Counted from the whole stretch's first letter, positions 37,762-51,045 are shown. The stretch is 63,963 nt of DNA, filler included, from Trypethelium eluteriae (GCA_051942245.1; 5 parts of 5 records of this genome joined end to end with filler, not necessarily neighbours in it); one strand, 5' to 3'. Made by a program: numbers and translations. The notes: generated by a model from the letters alone, not told the origin.

Positions 37762-40063
37762 ATGTCTGGTAGATTCGTTCGCGCGTCGAAATATCGTATG
37801 TATCTTTTCCCTTATGGAGCTCTCCAAAGAGCTTGATGAGCAACCATGGCGGGTCGCTGAAGCTCCATTAGTCGCTGACAATACTTGCAGGGCACGTCTT
37901 CGGTCGGTCGACGAAGAAGGTGAGAGATTTGTGGTGTCTACACAATACTAGGCACTTCAGCTAATGGAGAGGCCGCCGCGGTAGGAACAATGCTATGACA
38001 ATTTGCGCATCTCGAAAAATGCATGGGATACGAATCTGATCAAGGTCGGTCTCCACAGACGAAGATTGGCGGATTGGAGTACCGTTATCAATAGGGCTGA
38101 TATGAGACGAAGGCCAACCCGTCGTACCTCTCGGTAAATTGGGAAGCGAGCGGCGGAGGTGCTTTTGCGGTCATACCTCTCAACGAACGGGGACGAATAC
38201 CAGATCAGCCGCCATTATTTAGGGGGCACACAGCGGCAGTGTTGGATACGGACTGGTACGAATAGCTGGGATGAACGTGGGGATGAAGTCTTACGTGTTT
38301 CAGGAACCCATTCAACGATTCGCTGATAGCGTCTGGATCTGATGATGGCAAGGTGAGCTTAGTGAACAACGGACTGTGGAGGAACTGGAGGTCTAATATG
38401 TTTCAAGGTCTTTCTCTGGAAAGTACCTGAGAATTTCCAATTGCGGACAGAGGCAGATGAACCCGAAGATGTGAAGCCGGTGGTGAAATTGAGCGGTCAC
38501 TCAAGGTAGTCAGCATCTTGTCCACCAACCTCAGGATGCCTCCACTGAATGCCTTTGCAGAAAAGTAGGCCATGTTCTCTTCAACCCCTCTGCCGAAAAC
38601 ATCCTCGCTAGCTCCTCCGGCGATTACACCATCAAGATCTGGGACGCAGAAGCCGGTGCTGCCCGCCTTACCCTCAAACATAACGACATCGTGCAATCCC
38701 TTTCCTGGAATGCTGCAGGATCCATGATCGCCACTACCTGTCGCGACAAAAAACTACGGATATGGGACGTACGTCAAGAGAAGCCTGCACATGAAGTCTC
38801 GGGACATCCGGGCGCAAAGAACAGCCGCGTGGTGTGGCTAGGAGAACTGGATCGGGTCGCGACGACAGGTTTCAGCAAGATGAGCGACAGACAGTTGGCT
38901 TGTTGGGATGTTGGCGCACCAAGAGAACCCATAGGCGGATTCCAGATACTGGATTCAATTAGCGGTGTTTGTATGCCGTTCTGGGATGATGGAACAAGGA
39001 TGCTGTACTTGGCGGGCAAAGGGTAAATTCCATGACCTTACGCGAACGCGGACTTGTGCTAATTCAAATGATACAGAGATGGCATGATACGCTACTACGA
39101 ATATGTGGATGATAAGTTCGAGTACCTATCCGAATATAAATCCGCTGACCCCCAACGTGGTATCGCCTTCCTTCCTAAACGGGGCGTTAATGTTTGTAGA
39201 CACCAATTTGCCCTTTTGCAAATATTTGTAATGCAGTCGTGATCGTACTAACGAGTGTTAGATGCACGAAAACGAGATCATGCGCGCTTTCAAAACCGTC
39301 AACGACGCTTACATCGAGCCTATTTCCTTCATCGTCCCTCGCCGTGCCGAGACCTTCCAGGGCGATGTCTACCCTCCAGCTATCGGCACCAAACCTGCCG
39401 TCTCTGCGTCAGATTGGCTCGCCGGCAAGACGGGCTTACCCCCTAAAATAAATCTCGAGTCTCTCTACGAAAACGGCGCAGTCGAGGAAGTGCCCATCGA
39501 CTACAAACCTCCACCCACTACTAACCCAGTCGCATCACCTGCCGAGCCTCCGAAACCCAAAGCCGCGCCAGAGCCGCAGCCCGTAGCCACGCCAGCGCGG
39601 AGAGAACCGGCCCCAAGCTCAATGAACGAGTCCAAGGCATCCATGGGCGCCATGGCAGACAGATTTGCGGACCGCGACGAGCCTGCTGAGCACGATGACG
39701 AGGATACCTCGTCCTTCGAAGAGATCCCCAAGCCGGTCGAGCGTCATCCGGCGCCCGCTGCAGCTCCCGAGACAGCAACAACAGCACGAATGGAGGAGAA
39801 GACGGCTGGGCCACCCATTAGCAAGGCACCGACCGCGACCACGAGCACGAGTACGGCACCACAGAAGGAGCCGGCGAGGGCGAACGGCGCGGCGCAGAGG
39901 GAGGTCGTGTCGCCTCCATCGTCCGCGTCCGCGCCCGCGTCAGCGCCCACAGCAGAATCGGCGGCGTCAGGCGCATCGGACACGAAACAGCGGAGTACGT
40001 CGGGTGCGGCGGCGGGGCTGGCAGGGCACCTCTCTGACATCAAGGCGTTGCTAGAGGCGCAGC
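37762..40063 (+). CDS. CRN1: Coronin (WD40 actin-binding), multi-exon; C-terminus lost in gap
   Basis: MSGRFVRASKY / HVFG; NWEASGGGAFAV; FRGHTAAVLDTDW; GAKNSRVVWLG; TTGFSKMSDRQ; IEPISFIVPRRAETFQGDVYPP. Confidence 0.96.
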
Positions 40064-40163
40064 NNNNNNNNNNNNNNNNNNNNNNNNNNNNNNNNNNNNN
40101 NNNNNNNTTAATTAATTAANNNNNNNNNNNNNNNNNNNNNNNNNNNNNNNNNNNNNNNNNNNN
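40064..40163. other. Assembly gap
   Basis: N-run with TTAATTAATTAA linker. Confidence 0.98.
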
Positions 40164-41077
40164 CCCACACGCCTCGCACGTCGCCTGCATCTGCTGGAAG
40201 ATCCCCGGCGCCAGCTGCTGCCTTTGCACCGTCTGGCCCCTCCCCCCACACACCGCACACACCTCGACGCCCGCCTCGCCCTCGGCGCTCCCGCTCCCCG
40301 CGCACTCCTCACACACCATCTGCTTCTCGACGCTGAACTCCGTCGTGAGCCCCGTGTAGAACGCGCGCAGCGGCACGTGCACCGTTACTTCCATCCCGGG
40401 ACCTCGACGCACGCCGGCGTGCGAGTGCGAGAAGTGGCCCGAGCCGCCGAAGAAGCGCGAGAACAGGTCGAAGGGGTCGTGCCCGCCGCCGCTGCCGCCC
40501 CGACCGCCGCCTTGTTTGTGTTGCGTTACCCCGTCGTGCCCGTATTGGTTGTAGATTTGGCGGAGGGTCGGGTCGGAGAGGGTTTCGTAGGCTTCGGCGA
40601 TGGAGACGAAGGTTTGTTTGGCGGTGTCGTCGCCGCTGTTGGGGAGGATGAGTTAGCTTTAGGGGGGAAAGGTTTGAGAGGGTGTGGCTGGGGTGGAATC
40701 GTGTATCTGTGTGTATGTATGTGGAGGAAGGATCGCAGAGAGGAGGGAAGGAGAGTGGGTTATGCAGCTGCGAAACGAGATGGTGTACGTGAGGATGAGA
40801 GGAGAGAGGCTCGTACGGGTTTTTGTCAGGATGGTATTTCTTGCTCAGTCTTCGATATGCTCGCTTGAGCTCGCGGTCATCGGCATCCTTATCTACGCCA
40901 AGAATCTGTCGCATGAATTAGCTACGTATACTTTGGCAAGCAAGCTTAGGGGTCCGCAAGGCCTGAGCATTCTAGGATTGTTTGATAAGATCGGAATCTC
41001 CTTACCTTGTAGTAATCTTCAGCTGCGAAGGACAAGAGCGGTATTAGGTAGAAGAGCAGAAGCCGTAACAATATCAT
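40164..41077 (-). CDS. SCJ1: ER-lumenal DnaJ co-chaperone Scj1; C-terminus lost in gap
   Basis: Signal peptide MILLRLLLFYLIPLLSFA-AEDYYK / ILGVDKDA...YHPDKNP / GDDTAK...DPFDLFSRFFGG; CxxCxGxG repeats (CEECAGSG, CAVCGGRG). Confidence 0.9.
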
Positions 41078-41741
41078 CTTGGCGAATGTCTATCAATTTG
41101 AGCGCCCTAGGGAGCTCAGGTCCCTGCCAAAGGCAATAAAAGGGATCACAAGCACTGCTAAGCTAAAGCAGAATTAATGAGCGTCGTGAAATTCAGAGAA
41201 ATAATCGCACAATCATCAGGATTCGCGGACGCAGCCGCTAATGATCGCCCGAGGTGTGGAGGGTGAATGTTCCTGCTGAAATGAGCTGGAGCTTCCCTAG
41301 AAAAATGTACAGGTGTCCAGAAGCAAACCAGCTTCAGCTTAATCAACTATCGGCGGAAATGCCGTTGAGCCTCACTCTCTCCTCCGCAAGCTCTCCGCAA
41401 ATGGGAATGCTTGCGACAAGGCCATGCCTTCAAATCAATGCAACGGCGCTATGATGGATAAGATTTCATTTGCATTATTGAGAATTAACATGGCTACATC
41501 AACAAATTTTTTCCCGTCCATCCAGACACAGTCAACCACATGCGCCAAAGACCAGAGCCGAGAAAAATGTATGACACAAAATCGCAAAAAGCTCCAAATA
41601 GTGGTACATTCTCTGGAGATGACCCAATAATCCGCAAGAACGCCGATGCTTCTACCTTTTTTGTGGAGAGTGGAGGGCGACTTCAATATAAAAATTGGTG
41701 CCCATCAAACACTGTGTCTAAGAACCGATTTTTATTCCACC

Positions 41742-44700
41742 TTAATCCTGATCCTGATCCTCATCATCGTCGTCGTCTTCCTCGATGTCACTGTCATCGT
41801 CAAAATCAAAGTCTCCGGTATTCTGATGTACACTCGAGATCTCAATGGTGTCCACATGGCCTGGGATATCTGTATTGGTAGTGAGCGTCTGCTGTCCTGG
41901 GTCTGGTTCTGTAACGCCCTCCCAGACTTCGTCCTGGTCTATCATCGCGCTATCGGCTTCAGTGTCCCCTCCTTTGGCGCTCCCGACTACGCCTGGCAAG
42001 AGATGGCCTCCAGAAAACGGCGTGGCGTAAGCTGCATTGGCGTCCCAGCTACGCCCAGTTGACGGTCCCGCTGCAGTCAAGTCACCTGCTCCTGCATGCC
42101 CTTGACTTCTTGGAAGAGGAAGTCCTTGAGAAGAAGGTGGATAAAATGGACTTGGAGGCTCCTTCGAGCGTCGCGGAGTGAATCCTTGTGCTGCTGCGAT
42201 TGCACTGCGTTCTACATCTGGCGATCGACTGATCCTCCGACGCTTCGAAGAGGACCCGGATTGATTCGAGAGAGCCGACGTCCGTCGAGAAAGTTGCAAA
42301 GCATTTCTAGGATGAGGTGCGCTGTCAAAGGAGATCATTCGCCGTTTTTCAATCGTTGAACTGACCCCATGAAGCCCGCTTGAATAGTCAGAGATGGGTG
42401 CCGAGGCCGTTCGCCGATGACGGGGAGAATCGGACAATGGTGTTACTGGAGGGAGCCTGCGACGATCTTGAGAGGACATGTTGACTTTTACCAATGTAGA
42501 TTGCTTCTGTGCTTCATCTTGTCCCTTTTCCTTCGAGGAAGCCTCGGATAGCCGCTGACTCGTGGGTGGAGGGGTTCCGCGGACACTGGCTCTCGATAGA
42601 TGACTGCTGATAAGAGAAGAAAACGAAGACGTCAAACTTTGTGGCGGATCGTACATTGGATGATATTCCCAGCAAGCTTCCTTGGCGTCCGCTTCACCAA
42701 CACCACCCTCCGACTCAGCCTGTATAGGTGTAATGCGTGGTAACTCCCTCAGCTTTTGCCAAGTCCAACAAGAGCCATCGTGATCATTGTGCTGCAGGTA
42801 TGCATCCGGGTTGGTGATGAAAAGTCTCTTTTGCCCACCTTGCGCTCGCATGACTACGCTTGACGTCAAGAACTCGGCTGTCCAGATAGCAGGAGTCAGC
42901 ATCTCAGAAGTACTTAAAAAGCGAAGCCTAGACGATTTGTGAACTTTTCGCAGAGGAACAAAAGGCTTGCGAAGACCAAGGAACGAAATCGACGGAGTCG
43001 AGTCTCCCAACGGCTGGCTCGATTCGTCAGCCGCGATGCTTGGGAAATGCTGTGCGAGACCTAGGAATGCATTTCTCAATGCAGATTGAAACTCTCCAGC
43101 ATCGCTCTTCCTGAGCTCTACGTTCTTGACGAATCCTCGGCTTCGTAAGCGCTCGTAGATGACGCCTTTCGGACCACAAGCCCGAGGGCACAACCACTCA
43201 TCTGTTGAATCAGCCCAGTCATGGATATCATCACTGCTCCAGCCACTGTGTCCAGAATGATGCAACGACGAGCGCCTTTGACTTGAATTGACGGCATGTG
43301 TCCACTCTTCAGATTCTTGTGTCGTGAGGGTAGAGCTTTGGACCGGCGTATTGTCAGGCGAAAACCAGACTCCTTTCAAATCTTTGCTCCAAGGCAGAAA
43401 GATCACTTCGATCTCCAACGGATGAGCGTATGAGGGTGGAGCTGTACTTTCTAACTGACTCACGCGCTCTTCAAAATCTTTCATCTTGGCCTCCGTTTCC
43501 TGCCGCTCGATAGCTGCAGCAATGAGCGCAGATGATGTGGTGGACTGTATAGAGCTATTACTCGCAAAAGATGCATTTATAGCTTCATTACCGGCTGAGG
43601 GGAGTCTGCGGCGTCTGCTGCTTCCTCCCCCTTGAAGAATGCCGAGAGTGTCAGTATGCTCCTCGACCTTGGTCCTGATTTCAATCAAATGACCTTCCAG
43701 ATAGTCATTCTTTCCCTGAATATCATCCATGGAGGCTTGGTGAGTCGACATGTTTTCCAAAGCGTCTAAACGTCGCTGAAAGCTTTCCTGTGGCATGGAC
43801 GCCATGTAATCCCGAATAGCACTGAGATGAGGAAGCAGCCGCTGCAAACTAGAAACAGCGGGGTCTGCAGATGGACTATTTTGATGACCCGAAGCTCCTG
43901 CAGCGGCTGCACCAGTTTGACGTTCGACGGTCTCCCTTACCTCGTGCAGAATATTATCGAACCCACGCAGATCCGGTGTTCCTCGATTGCTCGGCGTCGC
44001 CATCTCTGTGGCACTTTGTTCCTCTGCAATCCTGGCATCAGCAAAATTGTATGAGGTGGCCACTGGCGGTAAAAGCGTGCCTCTGGCTTGACTCCCTTGC
44101 TGTGATGTCCGTTGTAAGAAGGCAGTATTTGGGCTTATGCGCTGCATTTCACTCGTTGTGGATGGAGCATTGGACAGCGGCTTCTCGTTGAACTCTTTCA
44201 ATAAACGTGCCCAGTCTGGTAGGTCCCCATTTTGGATAGAGTTTGTTGTTGATGGTAAAGAAGGAGCAATGCCAGGCAGAGTGAAAGTAAGTCCTAGTCC
44301 AGCGTTATCATACTGTTGCCCGGTACCAGAAAAGTCTCGCCGACGATCCTGGGAGGACGTGATACGCAGATATTGACTACCTGCAGAAGAAGGCCGGCTG
44401 CCATCAAGCCTCTGAATGGCTGGTAGACGGGGAGAAGGGAAAGGCCGAATTTGGGGATTGTTGGAGAGCACCTGTGTTGTTGTTGTATTCTTAGACTGCT
44501 GTGCTGGTTGAGAGGATTCGGCAGATTGCGGGGGATTTGCTGGGTGGAAAGGTTGGTCTTGGGACGTAGTCGGAGCATTGCGCCTCAGGAACTCTGGAGT
44601 TGCCGGTTTGGACCTTTTGATGGGCGTTGTTGGCGATCCGGTGACGAGTTGAATTCTTCCATCTGGTGTCGGTCGCACATATTGCACAAAGATAGCATCA

Positions 44701-45011
44701 CTGTCCTGACTTGTTGTCTGTACCCGTCCAGACGATGTTTTATCGGTTTTCTCTATTCCAAAAGCCTCGATAGCCGATCTTTTCAAGTCCTTATGAAAGC
44801 AAGCATGATGTCCGCAAATACACCACGGTGTCTGCCTAATATCGTCTCCAGCTTGCACAGCACCTCCCAGTATCAATTTGCGACGCGACTCATCGCCCCA
44901 GAAGCGATGACAGCCACATGTTGGTGCCGCCGTACCGAGACCTAAGTCTCGATAGCTACACTCCCCATTTGGCGGACGTGTTGTGACTCCATGGCTGGGA
45001 GAAGCGGCCAT
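41742..45011 (-). CDS. Hypothetical 1089 aa protein: N-terminal Cys/His cluster, coiled coil, ordered central domain, disordered tails
   Basis: Single long ORF; C-x13-CGC...WCICGHHACFH at N-terminus; LEIEVIFLPW, PRACGP, VPLRKVHKSSRLRFL blocks. Confidence 0.85.
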   Translation of the reverse strand: MAASPSHGVTTRPPNGECSYRDLGLGTAAPTCGCHRFWGDESRRKLILGGAVQAGDDIRQTPWCICGHHACFHKDLKRSAIEAFGIEKTDKTSSGRVQTTSQDSDAIFVQYVRPTPDGRIQLVTGSPTTPIKRSKPATPEFLRRNAPTTSQDQPFHPANPPQSAESSQPAQQSKNTTTTQVLSNNPQIRPFPSPRLPAIQRLDGSRPSSAGSQYLRITSSQDRRRDFSGTGQQYDNAGLGLTFTLPGIAPSLPSTTNSIQNGDLPDWARLLKEFNEKPLSNAPSTTSEMQRISPNTAFLQRTSQQGSQARGTLLPPVATSYNFADARIAEEQSATEMATPSNRGTPDLRGFDNILHEVRETVERQTGAAAAGASGHQNSPSADPAVSSLQRLLPHLSAIRDYMASMPQESFQRRLDALENMSTHQASMDDIQGKNDYLEGHLIEIRTKVEEHTDTLGILQGGGSSRRRRLPSAGNEAINASFASNSSIQSTTSSALIAAAIERQETEAKMKDFEERVSQLESTAPPSYAHPLEIEVIFLPWSKDLKGVWFSPDNTPVQSSTLTTQESEEWTHAVNSSQRRSSLHHSGHSGWSSDDIHDWADSTDEWLCPRACGPKGVIYERLRSRGFVKNVELRKSDAGEFQSALRNAFLGLAQHFPSIAADESSQPLGDSTPSISFLGLRKPFVPLRKVHKSSRLRFLSTSEMLTPAIWTAEFLTSSVVMRAQGGQKRLFITNPDAYLQHNDHDGSCWTWQKLRELPRITPIQAESEGGVGEADAKEACWEYHPMYDPPQSLTSSFSSLISSHLSRASVRGTPPPTSQRLSEASSKEKGQDEAQKQSTLVKVNMSSQDRRRLPPVTPLSDSPRHRRTASAPISDYSSGLHGVSSTIEKRRMISFDSAPHPRNALQLSRRTSALSNQSGSSSKRRRISRSPDVERSAIAAAQGFTPRRSKEPPSPFYPPSSQGLPLPRSQGHAGAGDLTAAGPSTGRSWDANAAYATPFSGGHLLPGVVGSAKGGDTEADSAMIDQDEVWEGVTEPDPGQQTLTTNTDIPGHVDTIEISSVHQNTGDFDFDDDSDIEEDDDDDEDQDQD

Positions 45012-46413
45012 GGGCGAAGGCCACTTCTGCCACCAGTCACCATATCACATTGAATCGGACGGGAGAGGGAGGTGGCCGATCAAGGTCGCGTGAGATGAGC
45101 TCTTGTTTAAGTAGATCTCCGTCGTAATCCGTATTGCGCGGCTTCGATCGAGATTCGGTGAGCATACGTGTGCAATGTGCTGCTGTGTATTAACGAGATG
45201 GTTAGCTTTCAACTCGAGTGCTTGAGGCCCTCAAGCCTACAGCGGGAAACTCGTGATGGTTGCTCGCGTGAACAATAGCAAAAGACCTACCTCTTCAAAG
45301 TGAGCGTCGCGTTGGATACGTTCAGAGCTCAACTCATGTCTGCCTAAGGAGTGACAAGAACGAAAGAAGACGAGAGCAATCTGGGATGGAAGCGTCGATC
45401 GAGTTCCATCTGAGGCCGCCCACCAGGTTCGTTCTCTTCGCAACCGCGCAGCAACCGCCCGGACCCTGCTGCCTTGTCATTGAGGCCGCCGGCCGAAACA
45501 CTTTGTTGCTGCCGGTCGCTGCTATCCTACTCCCGGTTCCCACCGCAGTGGGAAAGGAGCCGTTGCGGCGCGAACAGGGGTTTCATTGGCAAATTAGAAA
45601 CGGCGTTGGATCCGGGGAAGCGTGCCGACGCATGGGTTGCCGTGTCCCGCTAACCCTCATTTAAGGCTAGCGGAGATCTCTTTTGTCTGAGTCAAGGGCA
45701 GGTGCGAAGATGAAAGCACCAAGGTGTGACTCGTTCTTTCCCAGGCAATTTGGGAGTGGATCCTTATCTAGAGATCGGACGAATTGGAGGGCAGCTGTTC
45801 TCAGCTGAACCCCAAGAGAATCGACAGAACTGCAACGAGATGCAAGACATGCAGATTTCAATGACGACGTACATATCGCTAAGAAGCTTTCGTCGCGGGC
45901 AAATTGCCAGGGTGGTACTCAATACTTTGCCCTTCATCGCCTTCTATTGCAAGCCAGTGACACGCATCGAGATTATTCAGTCCATGCTACGGAGTGTCAT
46001 GTGAAGAACAGGATCGAGCGGATTCGTCATACCTATAAGAGGATGGTGGGATGCCAGTTACGTGGCGGGTCGCATAGCCCTTTCCCCTTGCCCAATTCCA
46101 GAAGAACCCAATCACTGTCGCCACCCGCAATCTGAGTAAATCTTTCCCCAAATCCATCAGAGGATGATATAAGAAATGTAGGCGCTGGTTGAGATGGCCA
46201 ATTCCCTGGCCTCCGTATGTTCTTGGGGACCCTCAGCAGTACCTACCTAGGTATATCAAGATTGTAACACATCGAATAAGAACTAATCGAAGATTTCTTC
46301 CTTTCTCTTCCTCAGACAGCACAGCCAGATCCTTGGCGAATTTTGTGCTAAGAATATTCACTTCATCCTTGAGACCAATATTTCTTATACAACCCCTGAT
46401 GAGACATCACACT

Positions 46414-48662
46414 TCACATGCCCAATGCGTGTGGGGATGATCGACTGGCTCCCCACAAAATCGAATCCATCAATGAGTACGGCGAATTGTCTTCGTCCAA
46501 AGTCATCAACGGCGACGGCATGATGAACGATACATCCTCTGGCTTGAAGTCCCCGCTCACCGACGAGACTGACCCATTGGTGGTGGGCGTAGGTCCATCG
46601 CCTCCGTTCGCTGCCATCCGCGGCGTTATCGATTCCTGCACGTTGAGCTTCCGCAGGGCATTGATCGACCTCGAGATAGGGGCTGATAGCTCCGTTGGAT
46701 CGATGTGAGACGTGACACCCTCCATGATGCTGATCAGGCGTCCGAGCAATCGCCGTGCCCGTTCATGACGGGCAGGTTCGCCGAGGATGCCGAGGAGGAG
46801 CGCGGAGCTTAGGGCGCGATGGACCGATGACCACGACCGATTGGCGAATGGGGTAATGTTTTGAAGACCAAGAAATGCCTCTACGGTGTTGGCCAGACTT
46901 TCAATACACGTCTCTCTGAAGGCGATGGTGAGTTCGTGTCGATGATAGCCTCCAGGACTTATGGCTGGCCGACAGAGCTCCGACAAAATGTAAGAGACGT
47001 GCAGATACAAAGCCCAGTGCTGGAGCTGCTGTTGGAACGTTTGGCACTTTCTTGAATCCCGTAGATGATCCGCTGCTTGATCCATCATTCTTTCCAGTTT
47101 CTCTTTGTGCATAGTGATCCGTTGCATCTGGTGCCGTGTCGATTGATCGGGAGAGGCTCTTTCTCGGACAATGTCCAGTCCAACTGTGCTGACACAATAC
47201 ATGCAATCGACATAAGAAAGGACTCCATCTTGGGGTACTGGCTTGTGATGGCTAATGGTGGAGGTTGTAGAAGCGCGATCATAAGTGATGGAGAGGAGAC
47301 TGTCCTGCCAAATCACGGCCCACCTTAGGTGTGTTAGCATCATCAAACTTCTACGAGCAGTATGGAACTGGTAGCATACCAAATTTTGGTTCTTTTGATG
47401 GACTTTTGCTTTGGTGTATTCGGTGGACAAGATCGATGCAGTCCAAGGCTCTGTGATAATCGAATAACAAGGCCCATCAGAGACCAGGCCACACCGGCAT
47501 TGAAATTGTTGGAAATAACATTTCCAAGTACCAAGAGGTTTTGGATATCATCCAAGTTGGAGTGCGCAAAGTAGTTGATCAGACGTAAGCACTCGAAGCT
47601 GCAGCAGACGAAGACCTGTGATGTCAGCTCCCTCTCTTTCCGGGGCATGCTCGAGCATTGGCAACCAGAGGCGAGTACGGCAAAGAGAAGCCCAACCCAG
47701 TGGATACTCTGACCGTAAATCGTCTCCTCGGTAACACCCTGCTCAGATTTTGCATTTGCTCGCGCCGTGAGGAACGCGGCGATCTCCGATTCAAATTGAT
47801 CGATATCAACTAAGCCAGAATAGACGATATGAGCAGTGTCACGGTAATATCTAAAGAATTCGAGACAGTCCACGTCGCTGGGGATGGTTTTGCAAAGCTC
47901 ATTGGCTCTGGAAAGTGTCCCCTGGGGGCCTCCCCAAAGATCGACGAAAGGATAGGTTGCACTTTCATTGTCAAGTCCAAACATTGGCAGAATGCTCCGG
48001 CCCATGAGTTCTTGCACTCCAGGCCTCCCATCGGGACCACGGCCTAGCGCCATGACGAGTGCGGGCACCGAACTTCCTCCAAGATGTGTGACACCGCCGG
48101 TCAAATCATTGTGAGCGTGGATACCTTGCGAAGTGACGTGTCGTGCCAGAGGGTCCTCATTGCCCTTTTCGCTTCTGTTCTCAGCTGGAGGAGGAGTCTT
48201 GTCCTCCCTCTCGCTATTGCTCACCGGGTCGCCGGCGACGCTCCTGATATCACTTCTCAGCTCCGAAAGAGACTGTTCGACTGTCTCGAGCTTCGAGCAT
48301 AAGCGTTCCCAGTCAGTCCGGGGTAGCGTGACCAGGCTCGAGGCCGACTGCGCGTCGACCGAGTTGTTGCCAGAGCCAATGGATCCGGTCTTTCGTCTCT
48401 TGTCAGGGGGATGGTACGTGCAAAGCTCAGGATGTTCACGGTCTATGCAGGTCTTGCATGGCACTTCTTGGGTACATTTCACCTCCTACGCGTTAGCTGA
48501 AGCTGAGCGGGTCCGAGGAAGTCTCGTTACCTTGCGCTGACGGCACGGATAGCAAGCCTTGTGCTCCCGCGCCTTGCGCTTCCGACGAAGTATCTCGTCC
48601 ACGTCGGATTGAGGGGTATTCTCAATTGACAAAGGCGGGGCAGTAGTCGTTGACTGCTCCAT
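46414..48662 (-). CDS. Zn(II)2Cys6 transcription factor with fungal TF middle-homology domain, 3 exons
   Basis: RKRKAREHKACYPCRQRK / VKCTQEVPCKTCIDREHPELC; later AWSLMGLVIRLSQSLGLHR...KIW/WAVIWQDS; introns 48483-48530 and ~47325-47378. Confidence 0.92.
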
Positions 48663-49849
48663 GTTAGGTAGGAGAAAGTCCTGCTCACGGGGAACTCTCT
48701 GCACTTCGGCCGAAATTCGGTGTGGCAAACCCTACCAATCCAAGGTTTGCTCTCGGGGACGCGGCCCGTTTCTTGCAATCTTAGCAGCTAGGCCAGAGCT
48801 CATGCGCGAGCCTCAGACGCGGCGTCAAATTCTTGGAATCATGCGAAGATAGCGCGAGAGTGTCTGAGGGATCCATCGGGAGCTGCGGGTCCAGCTCTAT
48901 GTAGGTACATAAAACAGGACGGGAGGGGTCGAACGAGCGAAACGGGCCGACCCGAAAACAGCAACGCCCAGAGCAAGCCAAGCCCTCTTCAAAGATAACA
49001 TCGCTCAATTCTTCAATTTCGCGACTACATTCGGAATGGTGTGGCTGTCAAAACCACTGCTTGGTATACTTCAGCAGTCCTCTCGTGCCCAAGCCAGGTG
49101 GTAAAATGATTGACAGCTCAGCAGGGAGAGAGCCTCTTCCGTTTCTCCGCCCGTGTAACCCAAAGACCCAGACCTCATGACCTACTGCAGCAAACACAGT
49201 AGTGTTCGCATCTTGCAGTCAAACTTCTGCACAAAGATCTGAATCAGCTGAAGCGGCATCATCCTCTTCCACTAGGCGTCGTTGCCACCGGCTGCGCAGG
49301 TACCAATCAGATGGCATGCAGAACAATGACATGGTCTGAAATTTTCCGGTTCAGGGTACCTGTGGACCTGTCCAGGCTCGAATATATTAGGTTTTAGGTG
49401 CAACTATGAACTCATTAGATAAGCTGAACAAGCTTTTCGGAACGCTTCCGAAAGTCTATCTTAAGTGGGACGGACATTGCACTCTTTGCCACCTCTGATG
49501 GCCTTCTTTCACTTAGCTAGAACAGGTAAAGTTCTCATCTCGAGATCTACTTGATAGCCAACCGTTGGTTAGTCCAATGCGCGCTACAGGGCTGGATCGA
49601 CAGGCGCTGTAGATCGTCCAAGTGCATTGCAATCCATGCCCGCTTCTGTCACCAGCCAAGGCTGATTCGACAGTGACCCTATTGAGGAGATTTCGCATGG
49701 AGTCTGACCGTTGCACACTCATCTTCACCGGCCGATGTAAGCTTGCTTCCTTGGCTCTCTTAACCTGTAGGCGCAGTCCACTCGCCATGTCATTTCACTC
49801 AAGTAGAGCATTCGATAGGCTTTTATACCACTCATGACGCTCATCCAAC

Positions 49850-50703
49850 TCAGCCCTCCTCCTTCCCTCCCAATTCCAACCCCTCAACTCCCTCCTGCAC
49901 ACTTTTCCCCTTCCCTTCATTCAGACTCTCCTGCTCGTCCTTCGCCACTTCCTCCATCGCATCATCATCCCCCTCTTCCTCCTTCTCCTCAGCCCTTTGC
50001 CCCTCTACCACCGCATCACCTCCTTCCTTCAACAAGTATGCCACAATCTCCTCCTTCCCTCCAGCCTCCGCCTCATATACCGCCATTCTTCCCATCGCAT
50101 TCCGCACCCCAATCTCAACCCCAGCCTGCACAAGCATCTGCGCACAAGCCAGCGACCCCGTTGTCGCCGCGTAGTGCAGGGGCGTAGAACCCGACGCGTT
50201 TGAGACGGTGAAGAGCTCTGGCGGCTGAGATTTCGCGCTCGCGTCATTGTTTGTACTTGCTTTTGTCGGGGCGTTCGAAGGCAAGGAAGGCGACGTGCCG
50301 TTGGCGTGCGCTTGCAGCTCGGTAGAGGGAGACGCGGTCGCGTGCGCGGGGTTCAGACATGCGAGAAGCCACTTAAGGAGATCTATGCGGGTGCGCGCCT
50401 TGCATTAGCAGTGGCGCTAGAGGAAAGGGGAGATTTTGATCTGCAATGGGGAGGCGAAGACGGAGCGGCGTGGGGGGGAAAGTGTCAGATGTACTCCGTA
50501 CCATCGAAGCCGTTCGCGGCAGCGTAATGGGCGACTGTGTTGCCGCTTTCAGGGTCGCGAGCTGCGAGAAGGATGTCTGACTGGGAGCATGCATGTTGCG
50601 AGGAAAGAGAGGTGAGGAGGGTGGAGAGTTCGGAGGTGTCGTTTGTGCGCGCGAAGTAGAGGAGGTCGTCGATGTCGTCTTCGGAGAGAGATGGTCGGGG
50701 CAT
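49850..50703 (-). CDS. YAR1: Ankyrin-repeat protein, Yar1-like Rps3 chaperone, 2 exons
   Basis: MPRPSLSEDDIDDLLYFARTND...SGNTVAHYAAANG; NASGSTPLHYAATTG; acidic C-tail. Confidence 0.8.
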
Positions 50704-51045
50704 CTTGGCGAAACTTCGAAAATTACGTTGACATACAGAATAAGCAGGAGGTAAGGTATGTGTTTGTGTGATCTGCACTATGTACAACGCGTGAAGGTGC
50801 AATGAGTGGTTGTAACAGGAGACAAGGTCCCCGATGACTTTTGGATGATGGTGGGGCAAAGGGCTCCCAAAAAAAAAATCAGTCCAACTTTTCGGCCGTC
50901 TAGATGCCTACTTTAGGTAGGTAGAAGTACCCAAGTACCCCGACGCCAAGTGCGACTTGCTGTGACTTTCTCCAACTCTTGAATTCTATCAAACTCCAGT
51001 ATCCTTTTGTGCAACCCAATACTTTTTTTTTTCCAACTCTGTGTG

